Assembly: GCA_965242865.1 (NCBI GenBank)
Contig: CBDETK010000008.1
Coordinates: 1 to 64,000, forward strand
Source of the DNA: Candidatus Latescibacterota bacterium
GTDB taxonomy: Bacteria > Latescibacterota > UBA2968 > UBA8231
Direction of reading: 5' to 3'
DNA: 64,000 bases
Every line of letters begins with the position of its first letter. Position 1 is the stretch's first letter. The notes beneath the pieces are model-generated. The model made no database searches. It had not been told where the DNA came from and saw nothing but the letters and a program-made list of their open reading frames with translations. Shown here one piece after another: positions 11,401 to 21,369 of this stretch. A program made the position numbers and the translations under genes.

Positions 11401-11745
11401 GCGGTCGATTGCCTCGGCGGACAGCTTCCCCGTCGGCGGCATCTGCAACTCCAGCGAGCTGTAGGAAACCGCCTTGAGCAGCAGGCTCGCCGCCGGATTC
11501 CCCGGCGCGAGTGCCGGACCCCGGCTTCCGCCCCGGAGCAGGCCGTCCGCGGAATCCACCCGCAGCTCGCCCATCGCCATCGTCTCCGAGCTGTGGCAGG
11601 CGTAGCAGTTCTCCGCCAGCAAGGGGCGAATGTGCAATTCGAAGTACTCGACTCCCTCGCGGTCCTGGGCGGCGGCGGCGGGCAAGGCCGCTGCCATTCC
11701 CAAGCTCAGCAGTCCGCGTCGCGAGAGCATCGATTTCGCGTTCAT
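8485..11745 (-). CDS. PSD1/planctomycete cytochrome c domain protein (PSCyt1, DUF1549, DUF1553)
   Basis: CYACH heme motif, NPIDRFI, YGERWGRHWLD, CARCHDHKFDPI, NPLTARVMVNR, RRLEAEAIRD; Tat-like SRRGLL. Confidence 0.92.
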   Translation of the reverse strand: MNAKSMLSRRGLLSLGMAAALPAAAAQDREGVEYFELHIRPLLAENCYACHSSETMAMGELRVDSADGLLRGGSRGPALAPGNPAASLLLKAVSYSSLELQMPPTGKLSAEAIDRLEAWIRMGAPDPRAATAAPVIEEGIDLSAGRQFWSFRPVRDPAAPDAQGDSWARNPIDRFILSRLAEAGLQPSPEADRRTFLRRVTFDLTGLPPSPAHIEAFLRDDSPDAFERVVERLLASPHYGERWGRHWLDLVRWAETNGHEFDNNKLDAWRYRDYVIEAFNSDLPYTQFLEEQIAGDLLPPRLSSDGTHYVSPVAAGMYWLWEVLNSPTDSIQARADIINNQIDVLTKATQGLTVACARCHDHKFDPIPTADYYSLFGILNSIQMSEVCIDSPERREGIRAAATEIANINREIESVLRQGQELGAAALGERLLAAAEESEGEDRPELARELEYALTEPSHPLFLFAKAAQPSEDGEEFVDRMAALRKELAGWAAKADRDHPIWKERGDEIYEDFKTGLGKWTSTGEAFGSAAVRSVPPDRRMSGYAGQALAASFGGGSNGFVGTLTTDKFRMPARYVHVRMAGDPYSSRLREVAALRLTVIADEHKSGHAMPAGEGRLNWHTIAMTKERGRICAIEIIDRDRDGAIAVDQIVFSQDPEPPPVAGALDARVLAIAADESIGSLGDLAQAYQLLAKALASDPDRSHTDQALFAGITGQSRLEDSRRFLSAAEAETVDALAERRRQADDRIPASTFAMSSQDWKPADSPIHVRGNHENPGEIAPRQFLQVIAGSDQEPFRDGSGRLELARWVASERNPLTARVMVNRVWHHHFGRGIVASTDDFGRMGEQPSHPDLLDHLASRFVASGWSVKDLHRSIVLSSTYRTSSVESSATTEGDPSNRFLSHFPVRRLEAEAIRDSVLAVAGSLDSAVGGPSVPPHISEYQDGRGKPQSGPLDGQGRRSVYTQVRRNFLPPLFLAFDYPLPISAEGRRGVSAVASQALLMLNNQFVAEQAERWAEQARNADGTPRDRLQGMYLSAYGRPPVESEIEQLERFLSTQGDSANNAESPADRWTDVAHAMLNTAEFLFVR

Positions 11746-11790
11746 GATTCGCTCTGCCGCGAGGTCTCAGGCCCGAGTTCGCGACACGCC

Positions 11791-12246
11791 CTAGTCCGTG
11801 CCGGTGCTTGCGGGAACCGGTTCGACCCGGAGCGAGACCCCTTCCACGTCCGTGACCTTGACCTGCGTGCCCTCGGGCAGGTCCTCGCCCGTGATTTTCC
11901 AAGTCGTGTCGGCGACGATCAGCTTGCCCACGCCGTTCACGATCGGTTCGTTCAGCGTGAATCGCCCGCCGATGTAGCGATGGGCGCGCTGGTTCAAAGC
12001 CGGCTGATCGGTCTCGCGCTCGCTCGGCTTGAAGCGGCGCCACAGGAACAGGGACACCAGCGCCATGACCGCGAAGGCGGCTAGTTGCGCCTGCCACGGA
12101 ACCCCCGGAATCGCCGCGATCAATCCCGTCACGGCTGCCGACCCGGCCAGCCAGAGGAAAAAGTAGGCTCCGGAGAGGGTGACTTCCAAGGCGACAAGCG
12201 CGATGGCCAGCACCCACCAGTGCCAAAGCTGGAGGCTTTCGAACAC
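11791..12246 (-). CDS. NfeD-family (YbbJ-like) membrane protein
   Basis: WHWWVLAIALVALE TM segments, LNQRAHRYIG, OB-fold C-terminus; downstream of SPFH genes; GTG start with RBS. Confidence 0.88.
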   Translation of the reverse strand: MFESLQLWHWWVLAIALVALEVTLSGAYFFLWLAGSAAVTGLIAAIPGVPWQAQLAAFAVMALVSLFLWRRFKPSERETDQPALNQRAHRYIGGRFTLNEPIVNGVGKLIVADTTWKITGEDLPEGTQVKVTDVEGVSLRVEPVPASTGTD

Positions 12247-12263
12247 GGTTTCCGCCTCGGCCG

Positions 12264-13214
12264 CTACCGGCGGCCCCGCGCTCCATGCGCCGACTCGCCG
12301 CCCAGCTTGGACTCGCCGAACGCCTCGCGCACGATCTCGGCCGCGCTGCCCAGGGCACCGATGGATCCCGCCGCTTCCGGCGGAACGAAGATGATCTTCT
12401 GGTTCGGCGACTTCGCCAGCGATTGCAGCGCGTCGATGTACTTCTGCGAGATGAAGTAATTGATCGCTTGGAGGTCTCCTCCGGCGATCGCCTCCGAGAC
12501 ATCGCGAGTCGCCTTCGCCTCGGCTTGGGCCGCGCGCTCGCGCGCTTCGGCTTGGCGGAACGCGGATTCGCGACGGCCTTCGGCCTCCAGGATCGCCGAC
12601 TGCTTCTGCCCTTCGGCCCGCAGGATGTTGGACTGCTTGTCCCCTTCCGCTTCGAGGATGGAGGCCCGTTTCTCCCGCTCGGCCTTCATCTGGCGGGCCA
12701 TCGCGTCGACGAGATCGCGCGGCGGCTCGATGTTCTTGATCTCCACGCGCGTCACCTTGACGCCCCAAGTCGACGTGGCTTCATCGACCACCGAGAGAAT
12801 CGATCCGTTGATCCGGTCCCGTTGCGAAAGCAGTTCGTCCAGATTCATCGAACCCATGACCGTGCGGATGTTGGTCATGGTCAGGTTGACGATGGCCCGC
12901 TGCAGGTTGTTGACCTCGTACGCCGCGCTGGCGGCTTCCAGCACTTGGTAGAACACCACCCCGTCGACCGTGACCATGGCGTTGTCGCGGGTGATGATCT
13001 CCTGCTCCGGAACTTGCAGCACGTTCTCCATCATGTTGATCCGGTGACCGACCCGGTCGACGAACGGCGTGATGACATGCAGACCGGGATTCAGCACCAG
13101 CGTGAAGCGACCGAACCGCTCGAGCGTGAACGCATGCCCTTGGGGCACGATCTTGACGGCCTTGACGAGGACGACGACCGCCAGCAGGGCGAGGACGCCA
13201 GCGAAGATTTGCAT
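12264..13214 (-). CDS. SPFH/Band 7 (QmcA-like) protein
   Basis: [40 protein letters not shown]. Confidence 0.93.
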   Translation of the reverse strand: MQIFAGVLALLAVVVLVKAVKIVPQGHAFTLERFGRFTLVLNPGLHVITPFVDRVGHRINMMENVLQVPEQEIITRDNAMVTVDGVVFYQVLEAASAAYEVNNLQRAIVNLTMTNIRTVMGSMNLDELLSQRDRINGSILSVVDEATSTWGVKVTRVEIKNIEPPRDLVDAMARQMKAEREKRASILEAEGDKQSNILRAEGQKQSAILEAEGRRESAFRQAEARERAAQAEAKATRDVSEAIAGGDLQAINYFISQKYIDALQSLAKSPNQKIIFVPPEAAGSIGALGSAAEIVREAFGESKLGGESAHGARGRR

Positions 13215-13217
13215 GGC

Positions 13218-14153
13218 TCAGTCCTCTTCCCGCGCCTGCGAGCGAGCGCTTTCTGCGAGGGCTTCCACGCCGCCGACCGTCCCGATCACGCTCGATGCGT
13301 CCAGCGGCAAGAACAGCACCCGCTGCCCCGGGGACTTGGCGTAGGCTTCCAGGGCGCCGACGTAGCGCTGGGCCACGAAGTAGTTGATCGCCTGCAGGTT
13401 GCCCTCCGAGATCGCGCTGGAGACCGCGTTGGTCGCGGTGGCCTCGGCTTGGGCGAGCCGCTCCCGAGCCTCGGCGTCGCGGAAGGCCGACTCGCGCGCG
13501 CCTTCGGCCTTCAGGATCGCGGCCTGCTTCTCGCCCTCGGACCGGAGGATGTCGGCTTGGCGCACCCCTTCGGCTTCGAGCACGGCGGCGCGCTTCTCCC
13601 GCTCCGCCTTCATCTGCCGCGCCATGGAGGAAACCAGATCCGCGGGCGGCTGGATCTTGAGAATCTCGATGCGGGTCACTTTCACGCCCCACGCCGAGGT
13701 GGCCTCGTCCACCACCGAGAGCAACTGGGCGTTGATGCGATCCCGGTGCGAGAGCAAGTCGTCCAGCACCATCGATCCCATCACGGTGCGGATGTTCGTC
13801 ATGCTCAGGTTGACGATGGCGCTCCGCAGGTCGGTCACCTCGTAGGCTGCCTTGGGCGCTTCCAGGACTTGGAAGAACAGCACCCCGTCGACCGCCACCA
13901 TGGCGTTGTCGCGGGTGATGATCTCCTGCTCAGGCACGTTGAGCAGCGTCTCCATCATGTTGATCCGATGCCCCACGCGGTCGATCAACGGCACGATGAT
14001 GTGCAGCCCGGGACGCAGGGTTCCGGTGTAGCGCCCGAAGCGCACCAGCGTGTACTCGTAACCCTGTCGCACCGTCACGACGGCGGCGCGGGCCACGATG
14101 ACCGCCAGCAATGCCAGTACCAGAGCTGCCCAACCCATGTCTGCCCATAGCAT
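13218..14153 (-). CDS. SPFH/Band 7 (QmcA-like) protein, second paralog
   Basis: Same motifs as neighbour; start uncertain (ATG 14153 or 14138). Confidence 0.9.
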   Translation of the reverse strand: MLWADMGWAALVLALLAVIVARAAVVTVRQGYEYTLVRFGRYTGTLRPGLHIIVPLIDRVGHRINMMETLLNVPEQEIITRDNAMVAVDGVLFFQVLEAPKAAYEVTDLRSAIVNLSMTNIRTVMGSMVLDDLLSHRDRINAQLLSVVDEATSAWGVKVTRIEILKIQPPADLVSSMARQMKAEREKRAAVLEAEGVRQADILRSEGEKQAAILKAEGARESAFRDAEARERLAQAEATATNAVSSAISEGNLQAINYFVAQRYVGALEAYAKSPGQRVLFLPLDASSVIGTVGGVEALAESARSQAREED

Positions 14154-14218
14154 ACCCCTTCGCTGCCAGCGGTTCCGCGCCGCTCCCGCGGCACGTGCAT
14201 TCCAGTACCATTGGTGCA

Positions 14219-14755
14219 ATGCTCGCCATCCGCCTCTTCCTGCTTGCGTCGGCCTGCCTGACAACCGCGATCGGCCAGGTCGAGGGCATGATCCCTCGCT
14301 GGCAGGTGGAAGAGATCGCGGCTTCAGTCGGGAGCAGCCTCGAATCCGCGTCCAAGGTGGCGGCCCAGTTGCGACCGGCGGAATGGTCCGCGGGAGGTGC
14401 CTCGGCGGCCTATGCGGACCAGCACGCGGCCCTGCTCAACGAGCTGCAGCAAGCCAAGCTGGCGGTAAGCGCGCTCGGCCGCGAGCCCGACCGGCTCACC
14501 TACGCCGTGGACGCCTTCTTGTGGCTGGAGCGGACGGACTCCCTGCTAGGCTCGGTCGCCGCGGGGGTGCGACGCTATCACAACACGGCGATCGCCGACT
14601 TGCTGGACGCGGCGCGCAATCGCAACACGGACGGCATGGCGACTGTCAAGCAGTACATGCGCCAGCTCGCGGCGCACGTCGAGCAGTCCATGAAGGTGGC
14701 CCATGCCGAGGCGCAACGCTGCCGCGCCGAACTCATCGCCCCGCCAAAACCCTGA
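14219..14755 (+). CDS. Hypothetical secreted alpha-helical protein
   Basis: Signal peptide MLAIRLFLLASACLTTAIG; backbone codon usage; -10 TACCAT 7 nt before ATG. Confidence 0.7.
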   Translation: MLAIRLFLLASACLTTAIGQVEGMIPRWQVEEIAASVGSSLESASKVAAQLRPAEWSAGGASAAYADQHAALLNELQQAKLAVSALGREPDRLTYAVDAFLWLERTDSLLGSVAAGVRRYHNTAIADLLDAARNRNTDGMATVKQYMRQLAAHVEQSMKVAHAEAQRCRAELIAPPKP

Positions 14756-14783
14756 TTGTCGTGCCGCCGGGCGCTCGTTGCGT

Positions 14784-15551
14784 TCAGCTTTTCTGCAACT
14801 CCTCGGGAAACAGCGCGATGCCCGGCGGCGGCGGCAGCCGGGCGTGGAAGTATAGCAGGCGATTCCGAATATGCTTGCTGGCCAGTTGCTTCGGACTCGC
14901 CTCCAAGGTCAGATCGCAGCACAAGCCGTGCAGGTACAGGCCCATGGTGTCGCGCAACGCGTCCAAGCGGTAGCGCATGAAGATTTCCTCCAGTTCCGCC
15001 CCTTCCGCTTCCGAGCGGAGCAACTCCTGCTTGAGTTCCCACAAGCCGTCGTTGATCTCTCCCGGCGTGTTGCTCGACAGCTCGGCGTCGACCTGTCGAA
15101 AGAAGTCGACCGCGAGTTCCGGATCGGCCCGGTCGGCGATCACTTCCGCCAGCCACTGGTACATCGCCGAGTGCGCGTCGAAGCCGTCGCCCTCGTCCGC
15201 CATGGCCAGGAACAGGAAGGTCTGTCCGCGCGTCTCTTCGGTACCGGTGTAGTACTTGCGCCCTTCCGGCGGATCGTCCGCCGTGATGTACAGTCGCGGG
15301 CGCTCCTTCTTGGATCGCGGGTGCCGTTCCAGGAACGGCACGAACACCAAGCGCAGCTTCGGGACCAACTCCCACACCTTGGGGGGCACGGCGCTGATCG
15401 GGTCCCGGACCAGCCGCGCCTCTTCCTTGTCGTCCAAGGGCAGAGCCGAGAAGTATTTCACCGACGTGCCTTTGACCGAGAGCAGGATGTCTTGACAGCT
15501 GCTAGCGAAGTTCTTGGTGCTGATCTTGGTCGACTTGCTAGATTCGGGCAT
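14784..15551 (-). CDS. Hypothetical protein
   Basis: Long ORF with backbone-like codon usage and globular composition (YLHGLCCDL); no family recognised. Confidence 0.7.
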   Translation of the reverse strand: MPESSKSTKISTKNFASSCQDILLSVKGTSVKYFSALPLDDKEEARLVRDPISAVPPKVWELVPKLRLVFVPFLERHPRSKKERPRLYITADDPPEGRKYYTGTEETRGQTFLFLAMADEGDGFDAHSAMYQWLAEVIADRADPELAVDFFRQVDAELSSNTPGEINDGLWELKQELLRSEAEGAELEEIFMRYRLDALRDTMGLYLHGLCCDLTLEASPKQLASKHIRNRLLYFHARLPPPPGIALFPEELQKS

Positions 15552-15675
15552 TGGCGCAGCCAATAAGTGATCTTAACAGAGTGCCTGCCGGGTCGGTCGC
15601 CGGACGGGCCTGCGACCCCGTTCTGATAGCCTGTCCTTTTGCCACGCGGGATGCAATCCGCAAGCGCGTGATCCG

Positions 15676-17448
15676 ATGGCCGAGCCCGCCGCAACGAGCC
15701 CCCCTTCCGACAGCGACCGGCTGTACACGCCGACCGCGGACGAACGCCAGCTCACCGTGCGATCCGTCGTCGCCGGGTGCCTGCTCGGCGGCGTCGTTTC
15801 CTGCATGAACATTTACATGGGCCTGAAGATCGGCTGGTCGTTCGGCGGCTCGCTGATCGCGGCCATCCTGGGCTTCGGGCTGTTCCTCGTCCTCGGGCGC
15901 TCGCTGTCCGTGCTGGAATGCAACATCACGCAAACGACAGGTTCCGCGGCCGGGACGATGGCGTCGGCGGCCGGCCTGCTGGCCGCGATTCCCGCGATGC
16001 AGCTGCTGGGATTCGAGATCCCGTTGCCCGGGCTGTTCGTCTGGGCCCTGTCGATCGCCTACCTGGGAGTGTTCTTCGCGGTTCCGCTGCGACGGCAGAT
16101 GATCGAGGTGGACAAGCTCCGCTTCCCGACCGGCACCGCGACCGCGGAGACGATCCTCGCGATGTTCGCCAAGGCGCGCGAGGCGGTCCAGAAGGCCCGG
16201 GCGCTGTTGCTCACCGGGGCGCTGGCCGGCGGCTTCACGTTGCTGACATACTTCGTCCCCGCGCTCGAGATGCCGCCGATGGAAGCTCTCGGCGTCGCCG
16301 CGCTGAGCACTGCCGCGGCTTGGGGCTTCCGGCTGTACTTCGGCCCGATGCTGTTCGGGGCGGGCATCCTGATCGGGCCGCGCGTGAGCGCCAGTCTGGC
16401 CCTCGGGGCCTTGGTCGCGTGGGGCGCGCTGGGACCTTGGGTGCAAGCGAACGGCTGGGCGCCGGGCGCGATCATGAGCTACACGGACGGCCCGCGCGGA
16501 TGGCTGCTCTGGCCCGGCGTGGCCATCATGGTCTCCGAAGCCTTGACTTCGCTGGCCCTGAGCTGGCGGACGTTCCTCCGGGCGTTTCGCGGCGGCACCC
16601 CTGTCGGCACGAGCGAGACGGGCGATCAGCGCATCCCGACCGCATGGTGGAGATCCGGTCTGGCCGTGGCGGCAGCCGGGACGATCATCGTCGCTTGGTA
16701 CCTGTTCGAGATTCCGATGCACCTGACCGCCGTGGCGTTGGCCCTGTCGTTCGCGCTCGCGGCCGTGGCCGTGCGCTCGACAGGGGAGACCGATATCAAC
16801 CCTGTCGGCGGCATGGGCAAGGTCACGCAGCTCGTTTACGGCGGCTTGGCGCCGGGGAGCATCGCTACGAACCTCATGGCGGCGGCTGTGACCGGAGCCG
16901 GCGCATCGCAAGCGGCCGACATGATGCAAGATCTCAAGACCGGCCGTCTGCTCGGCGCGTCGCCGCGGCGCCAGTTCATCGCCCAGCTTTGGGGGATCGG
17001 CGCGGGCGTCCTGTTCTGCATTCCCGCGTACTTGCTGGTGACGAGCGCCTACCCGCTCGGCGGCGAGCAACTGCCCGCTCCGGCCGCGTTTTCGTGGAAG
17101 GCGATGGCGGAATTGCTGACGCAGGGGCTGGATGCCCTGCCGCCGCGGGCCGGGGCGGCGGTGCTGCTGGGCGCGGCCTTCGGCGCGCTCCTGCCGCTGC
17201 TGAGGCGGTTCCCGAAGGTGAGGCCCTACCTGCCGAGCGGCCTCGCGATCGGGATCGCGTTCATCGTGCAGGCCTTCTATTCGCTAGTGATCTTCTTCGG
17301 AGCCATCGTGCTGGTCGTCTGGCAGAGCCGGTCTCCGGACAGCGCGAAGAGGCTCAGCTTCGCGGTCGCGTCCGGGCTTGTAGCGGGAGAGGGTCTGTTC
17401 GGGATCTTCAAAGCCGCGATGACCCTGCTCGGAGTGCCGACGCTGTAG
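15676..17448 (+). CDS. OPT-family oligopeptide transporter
   Basis: QLTVRSVVAG, NIYMGLKIG, LECNITQT, LRFPTGTATA, ADMMQDLKTG, many TM helices. Confidence 0.92.
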   Translation: MAEPAATSPPSDSDRLYTPTADERQLTVRSVVAGCLLGGVVSCMNIYMGLKIGWSFGGSLIAAILGFGLFLVLGRSLSVLECNITQTTGSAAGTMASAAGLLAAIPAMQLLGFEIPLPGLFVWALSIAYLGVFFAVPLRRQMIEVDKLRFPTGTATAETILAMFAKAREAVQKARALLLTGALAGGFTLLTYFVPALEMPPMEALGVAALSTAAAWGFRLYFGPMLFGAGILIGPRVSASLALGALVAWGALGPWVQANGWAPGAIMSYTDGPRGWLLWPGVAIMVSEALTSLALSWRTFLRAFRGGTPVGTSETGDQRIPTAWWRSGLAVAAAGTIIVAWYLFEIPMHLTAVALALSFALAAVAVRSTGETDINPVGGMGKVTQLVYGGLAPGSIATNLMAAAVTGAGASQAADMMQDLKTGRLLGASPRRQFIAQLWGIGAGVLFCIPAYLLVTSAYPLGGEQLPAPAAFSWKAMAELLTQGLDALPPRAGAAVLLGAAFGALLPLLRRFPKVRPYLPSGLAIGIAFIVQAFYSLVIFFGAIVLVVWQSRSPDSAKRLSFAVASGLVAGEGLFGIFKAAMTLLGVPTL

Positions 17449-17680
17449 CGGTTCTATTCGCGCATGAGACGGGAGCGCTCCCGCCCATGCACCGTCGCTT
17501 GAGGCGAGAGCGAATCCAACCAGCGCGTGGACCGTCCGTAACTTCCCTGATGGAAGTGTGCCAGCGATCGGACCGGCCCGGAAGCTCGCGAAGTCTCTCG
17601 CGGCAACCGCGCCGCCATGGACCACTGGAGCCTCTATATTGGACACGTTGCCGAAGCTCCGGGCATTCTACGGAACCTTG

Positions 17681-19546
17681 GTGCGCGCGATCTGGCTCTG
17701 TTGCGCGTTCGATCTCTCGGCACAGGAGCGATTCGGATTCGCCGATGCCCACGAATTCCTAGAGGACCACTGCCTGGCGTGCCACCAAGGAGCGGCGGCC
17801 GCCGTCGGATTCCGCGTAGACACGCTGCTGGGAGACAGTGCATTCCGCGAGCGTCCGGAAGCGTGGCTCAAACTCGCCGAGCGCGTCGAGGCGGGAGAAA
17901 TGCCGCCGAGGGGAGCCCGCCGTCCGCCGACAGATGCCCGGGTCGCGTTCGTCGACTGGATCGACCGCTCGTGGCGCGAACACGCCTGCCAAGCTGGCGA
18001 GCCTCCGGCGCGGTTTCCGGTCCGACGACTGAATCGCGACGAGTACAGCGCGACCGTCCGCGACCTGTTCGACATCCAGATCGACGTGAGCGAACGGTTT
18101 CCGGTGGACGGCGCCGGGGGAGAGGGCTTCGACCACGCTGCCGAGACTTTGTTCATTTCTCCCCTGCTCGCCGAAAAGTACTTGGAAACGGCTACCCATG
18201 TCGTGGACGTAGCGTCCAAGGAGTTCAAGTCACGCGCTCGAATCTTCGTCTCCCGGCCCGGCGCCGACGAGAGCGAGCAAGCGGCTGCCCGACGAATATT
18301 GGCGGAATTCCTGCCGCGAGCGTTCCGCAGGCCGGTTCGCGCCGACGAGATCGAATCTTATACCCGCCTCTTTCGCAGAGTCCGCCGCAAGGGGTTGGAT
18401 TTCGAGTCGGCGATCTTCGCCGCCTTGCGCAGCGCCCTCGTCTCGCCCGCATACCTGTTTCACGTGATTCCGGAACCAGCAGCGGCCGGATCCCGTCAAT
18501 TCGCGCTCGCGTCGAGATTCTCCTACTTCCTATGGGGCAGCATGCCCGACGAGCTGCTGCTCGACCTGGCGGCCGCGGGGCGGATGAGCGAACCGCAGGT
18601 TCTGGCCCGCCTCGTGCCGCGAATGCTACGTGACCAGCGAGTGCTGGAGTTCTTCACTCGGTTCACCGAGCAGTGGTTGCGAGTCCGTGAACTCGAAGGA
18701 GCGCATGGCCCGGACCCGATCCTATTTCCCAACTACCATGCCGATGCCGAACTGCGCGGGGATATCCGGCTGCAGCCCGTCTTTTTCTTCCGCGAGGTCT
18801 TCCGCAGCAACCGCTCGCTGCTGGAGTTCCTCGATTCCGGCGCGACGATCCTCACCCAGGGTCTCATCGATCATCTCGAACTCCCGATGAAGAAGAAGCA
18901 GGACTCCAAGAATCCCAATTGGATGGACCTGCCCGAGGGGTCCGGGCGCGGAGGCCTCCTCGGCATGCCGGCGATCGCGGCCGTGGCATCCCACGCGCAT
19001 CGCACCAGCCCGGTCTTGCGCGGCGCTTGGATACTGGACGCGATCCTCGGCACCCCGCCGCCGCCACCGCCGCCGGATGTGCCGGAACTCGAACAAGCTC
19101 CGCCGGGCGGGCCGCCCAAGTCCCTGCGAGAGATGCTGGCGCGGCACAGCCGCGAACCGACCTGCGCGAACTGTCATGCCCGGATCGATCCCTTCGGTTT
19201 CGCATTGGAGAACTACGACGTGCTCGGACGCTGGCGCGACGAGGACGGGGGCGTTCCCGTGGATGCCGCCGCGGAGTTGCTCGATGGCACGCGGCTGGCT
19301 GGCCCGGAGGATCTCAAGAAGGCCCTGCTTGATCGGAAGAGACTGTTTCTGAGGAACTTGACACGGCGCATGCTGGGCTATGCTCTTGGTAGAGGTTTGA
19401 CAAGCGCCGATGCGTGCGCGGTAGAAACCATCGTTCAGGACGTGGAGCGTCAGGAGTATTCCGCGTGGGCCCTGTTGCGGGGTGTCGTCACGAGCGAGCC
19501 GTTTCTCGGTCATTCGTCGCGAGTCGCGGAGACGGAGGTCGATTAG
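17681..19546 (+). CDS. DUF1592 domain protein (PSD family: DUF1587/1595/1592/1588/1585, cytochrome c)
   Basis: CLACH, RRLNRDEY, LASRFSYFLWGSMPD, RTSPVLRGAW, CANCH; start uncertain. Confidence 0.88.
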   Translation: MRAIWLCCAFDLSAQERFGFADAHEFLEDHCLACHQGAAAAVGFRVDTLLGDSAFRERPEAWLKLAERVEAGEMPPRGARRPPTDARVAFVDWIDRSWREHACQAGEPPARFPVRRLNRDEYSATVRDLFDIQIDVSERFPVDGAGGEGFDHAAETLFISPLLAEKYLETATHVVDVASKEFKSRARIFVSRPGADESEQAAARRILAEFLPRAFRRPVRADEIESYTRLFRRVRRKGLDFESAIFAALRSALVSPAYLFHVIPEPAAAGSRQFALASRFSYFLWGSMPDELLLDLAAAGRMSEPQVLARLVPRMLRDQRVLEFFTRFTEQWLRVRELEGAHGPDPILFPNYHADAELRGDIRLQPVFFFREVFRSNRSLLEFLDSGATILTQGLIDHLELPMKKKQDSKNPNWMDLPEGSGRGGLLGMPAIAAVASHAHRTSPVLRGAWILDAILGTPPPPPPPDVPELEQAPPGGPPKSLREMLARHSREPTCANCHARIDPFGFALENYDVLGRWRDEDGGVPVDAAAELLDGTRLAGPEDLKKALLDRKRLFLRNLTRRMLGYALGRGLTSADACAVETIVQDVERQEYSAWALLRGVVTSEPFLGHSSRVAETEVD

Positions 19547-19548
19547 GC

Positions 19549-20895
19549 ATGGAAGCGGATCGCAAGAAGGGAATCTCCCGCCGCCAGATGCTGCGGGGCA
19601 GCGGGGTCGCCTTGGGCCTTCCGTGGCTGGAAGCGCTTGCGGCTGGGAGCAGCCCAAAGGGTCGGTCTGCAGCCCCGGTTCGCATGGCGGCTCTGTACAT
19701 GCCCAACGGCGCTTTTCCGAGCACTTGGACCCCGACTTCGGCGGGGCGCGATTTCGAATTCACACCCAGCTTGGAGCCCCTCGAAGGGATCCGGACGCAC
19801 CTCACGGTGTTGAGCAACCTGTGGAACGAGCAGGCCAAGGACGGCGACGGGCACTACGTCAAGGAATCCTCCATCCTCACCTGCGCGCGAATCAGGAAGA
19901 CCCAAGGCGCCGACTTGCGGAACGGCACTTCTTTCGACCAAGTCGCTGCCCGGGCCCTTGGGAACGAGACGCCGCTGCCTTCGCTGGAACTCGGGGTGAC
20001 TCCCGTGGCTGTCGGCAACGACGCTGTCGTGGGATACACGAGAGTCTACGGATCCCATATTTCGTGGGCGACACCCACCACGCCGCTGGCTCGCGAGCTC
20101 AATCCCCGGGCGGTCTACGAGCGGCTCTTCCGCGCGGCAAACGGCTCCGGTGCGGGACGGGCAGCCATGGACACATTGCTATTGGATCGAGTCCAGCAGG
20201 ACGCGCGGCAGCTTCGTCGCAAGCTCGGATCCGCAGACCGCGCGCGGCTAGACGAATACCTCGCCTCCATCCGATCCCTCGAAAAGCGCGTGGAATGGTC
20301 CTCCAAGCCCGAGCGCAATCCGTGGAAGCCCCGTGCTCGCTTGCAGGAAACCCACGCGCCGACCGACGCTCCCTCCAGTCATGCCGAGCATGTCCGCTTG
20401 ATGCTCGACATGATCGCGGTGGCCTTCCAATCCGACACCACGCGCATCGCGACCTTCATGTTCGGCAACGCGGTGAGCAACGTGAGCTTCCGGTTCCTCG
20501 ACGGCGTGACCTCCGGCCATCACGATGTTTCGCACCACGGGAACCAAGAGGAGAAGCTCGGCGAGTACAAGATCATCAACCGCTGGCACGTCGAACAGTA
20601 CGCCTACTTGCTCGCCAAGCTAGCGAGAATGGCCGAAGGCGAGGGGACGGTGCTAGACAACTCCATGATCCTGTTCGCCTCGGCACTTTCGGACGGCCAA
20701 AAGCACGATCCGCACAAGCTGCCGATCCTCCTCGGCGGGCGCGGCGGCGGCAGGGTCGACAGCGGGCAGCACTTGGTTTACGGCGAGGATCACCCGCTGG
20801 CGAACCTGTACGTGTCGATGCTGGATGCGTTCGGGGCGCCGGCGGAGCGATTCGCCGACAGCACGGGTCCACTCGATGGATTGCTGCGAGCGTAG
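19549..20895 (+). CDS. DUF1552 domain protein
   Basis: ISRRQMLRGSGVALGLPWLE, LPSLELG, RLDEYLASIR, GTVLDNS; usual partner of DUF1592. Confidence 0.9.
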   Translation: MEADRKKGISRRQMLRGSGVALGLPWLEALAAGSSPKGRSAAPVRMAALYMPNGAFPSTWTPTSAGRDFEFTPSLEPLEGIRTHLTVLSNLWNEQAKDGDGHYVKESSILTCARIRKTQGADLRNGTSFDQVAARALGNETPLPSLELGVTPVAVGNDAVVGYTRVYGSHISWATPTTPLARELNPRAVYERLFRAANGSGAGRAAMDTLLLDRVQQDARQLRRKLGSADRARLDEYLASIRSLEKRVEWSSKPERNPWKPRARLQETHAPTDAPSSHAEHVRLMLDMIAVAFQSDTTRIATFMFGNAVSNVSFRFLDGVTSGHHDVSHHGNQEEKLGEYKIINRWHVEQYAYLLAKLARMAEGEGTVLDNSMILFASALSDGQKHDPHKLPILLGGRGGGRVDSGQHLVYGEDHPLANLYVSMLDAFGAPAERFADSTGPLDGLLRA

Positions 20896-20901
20896 CGGGT
20901 C

Positions 20902-21369
20902 ATGCGGTGGCCGGCTGTCCTAGCGGCCTTGGCGGTGCTGCCGGCCGTGGCTGGCAGCGACTTGACCGGGACGTGGATCGGCACCTTGCCGCAACGCGGC
21001 AGAACGCCCGCGAAAGATGTTGCGGTGCAGCTGGTCCAGCACGGCGAGAACTTGACCGGGAAGGTCTACAACGACGCCGGAACCAGCGACTCGATCCTCT
21101 CGGGCAGCGTGCGCGGGGAGCGCGTGCATTTCGAGGTCGATGCGCTCGAGCAGGCCGGGAATCAGATCAATATCGTGCGCTACCGCTTTGAGGGGACAGT
21201 GTGCGAGGGCGGAATCGAGATCAGCCGGGAGATGGCGGCCGCCCGGGACGCCTCGAGCGGAAACTCGATTCCGGTCCGGCGGCGCTGGGACTCCGACGAG
21301 CAGGATCGCCAGCGACGATTCCGGCATTTTCGGTTGGACCCGCTCTTCCGCTCGGGACCATCGCGCTGA
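20902..21369 (+). CDS. Hypothetical secreted beta-barrel-like protein
   Basis: Signal peptide, DLTGTWIG, LTGKV; co-oriented with DUF1552. Confidence 0.7.
   Translation: MRWPAVLAALAVLPAVAGSDLTGTWIGTLPQRGRTPAKDVAVQLVQHGENLTGKVYNDAGTSDSILSGSVRGERVHFEVDALEQAGNQINIVRYRFEGTVCEGGIEISREMAAARDASSGNSIPVRRRWDSDEQDRQRRFRHFRLDPLFRSGPSR

Noticed and set aside
19050-19080. CCG run encoding poly-proline
   Set aside because: This is the normal PPPPP motif of DUF1588 domains, not a variable repeat.
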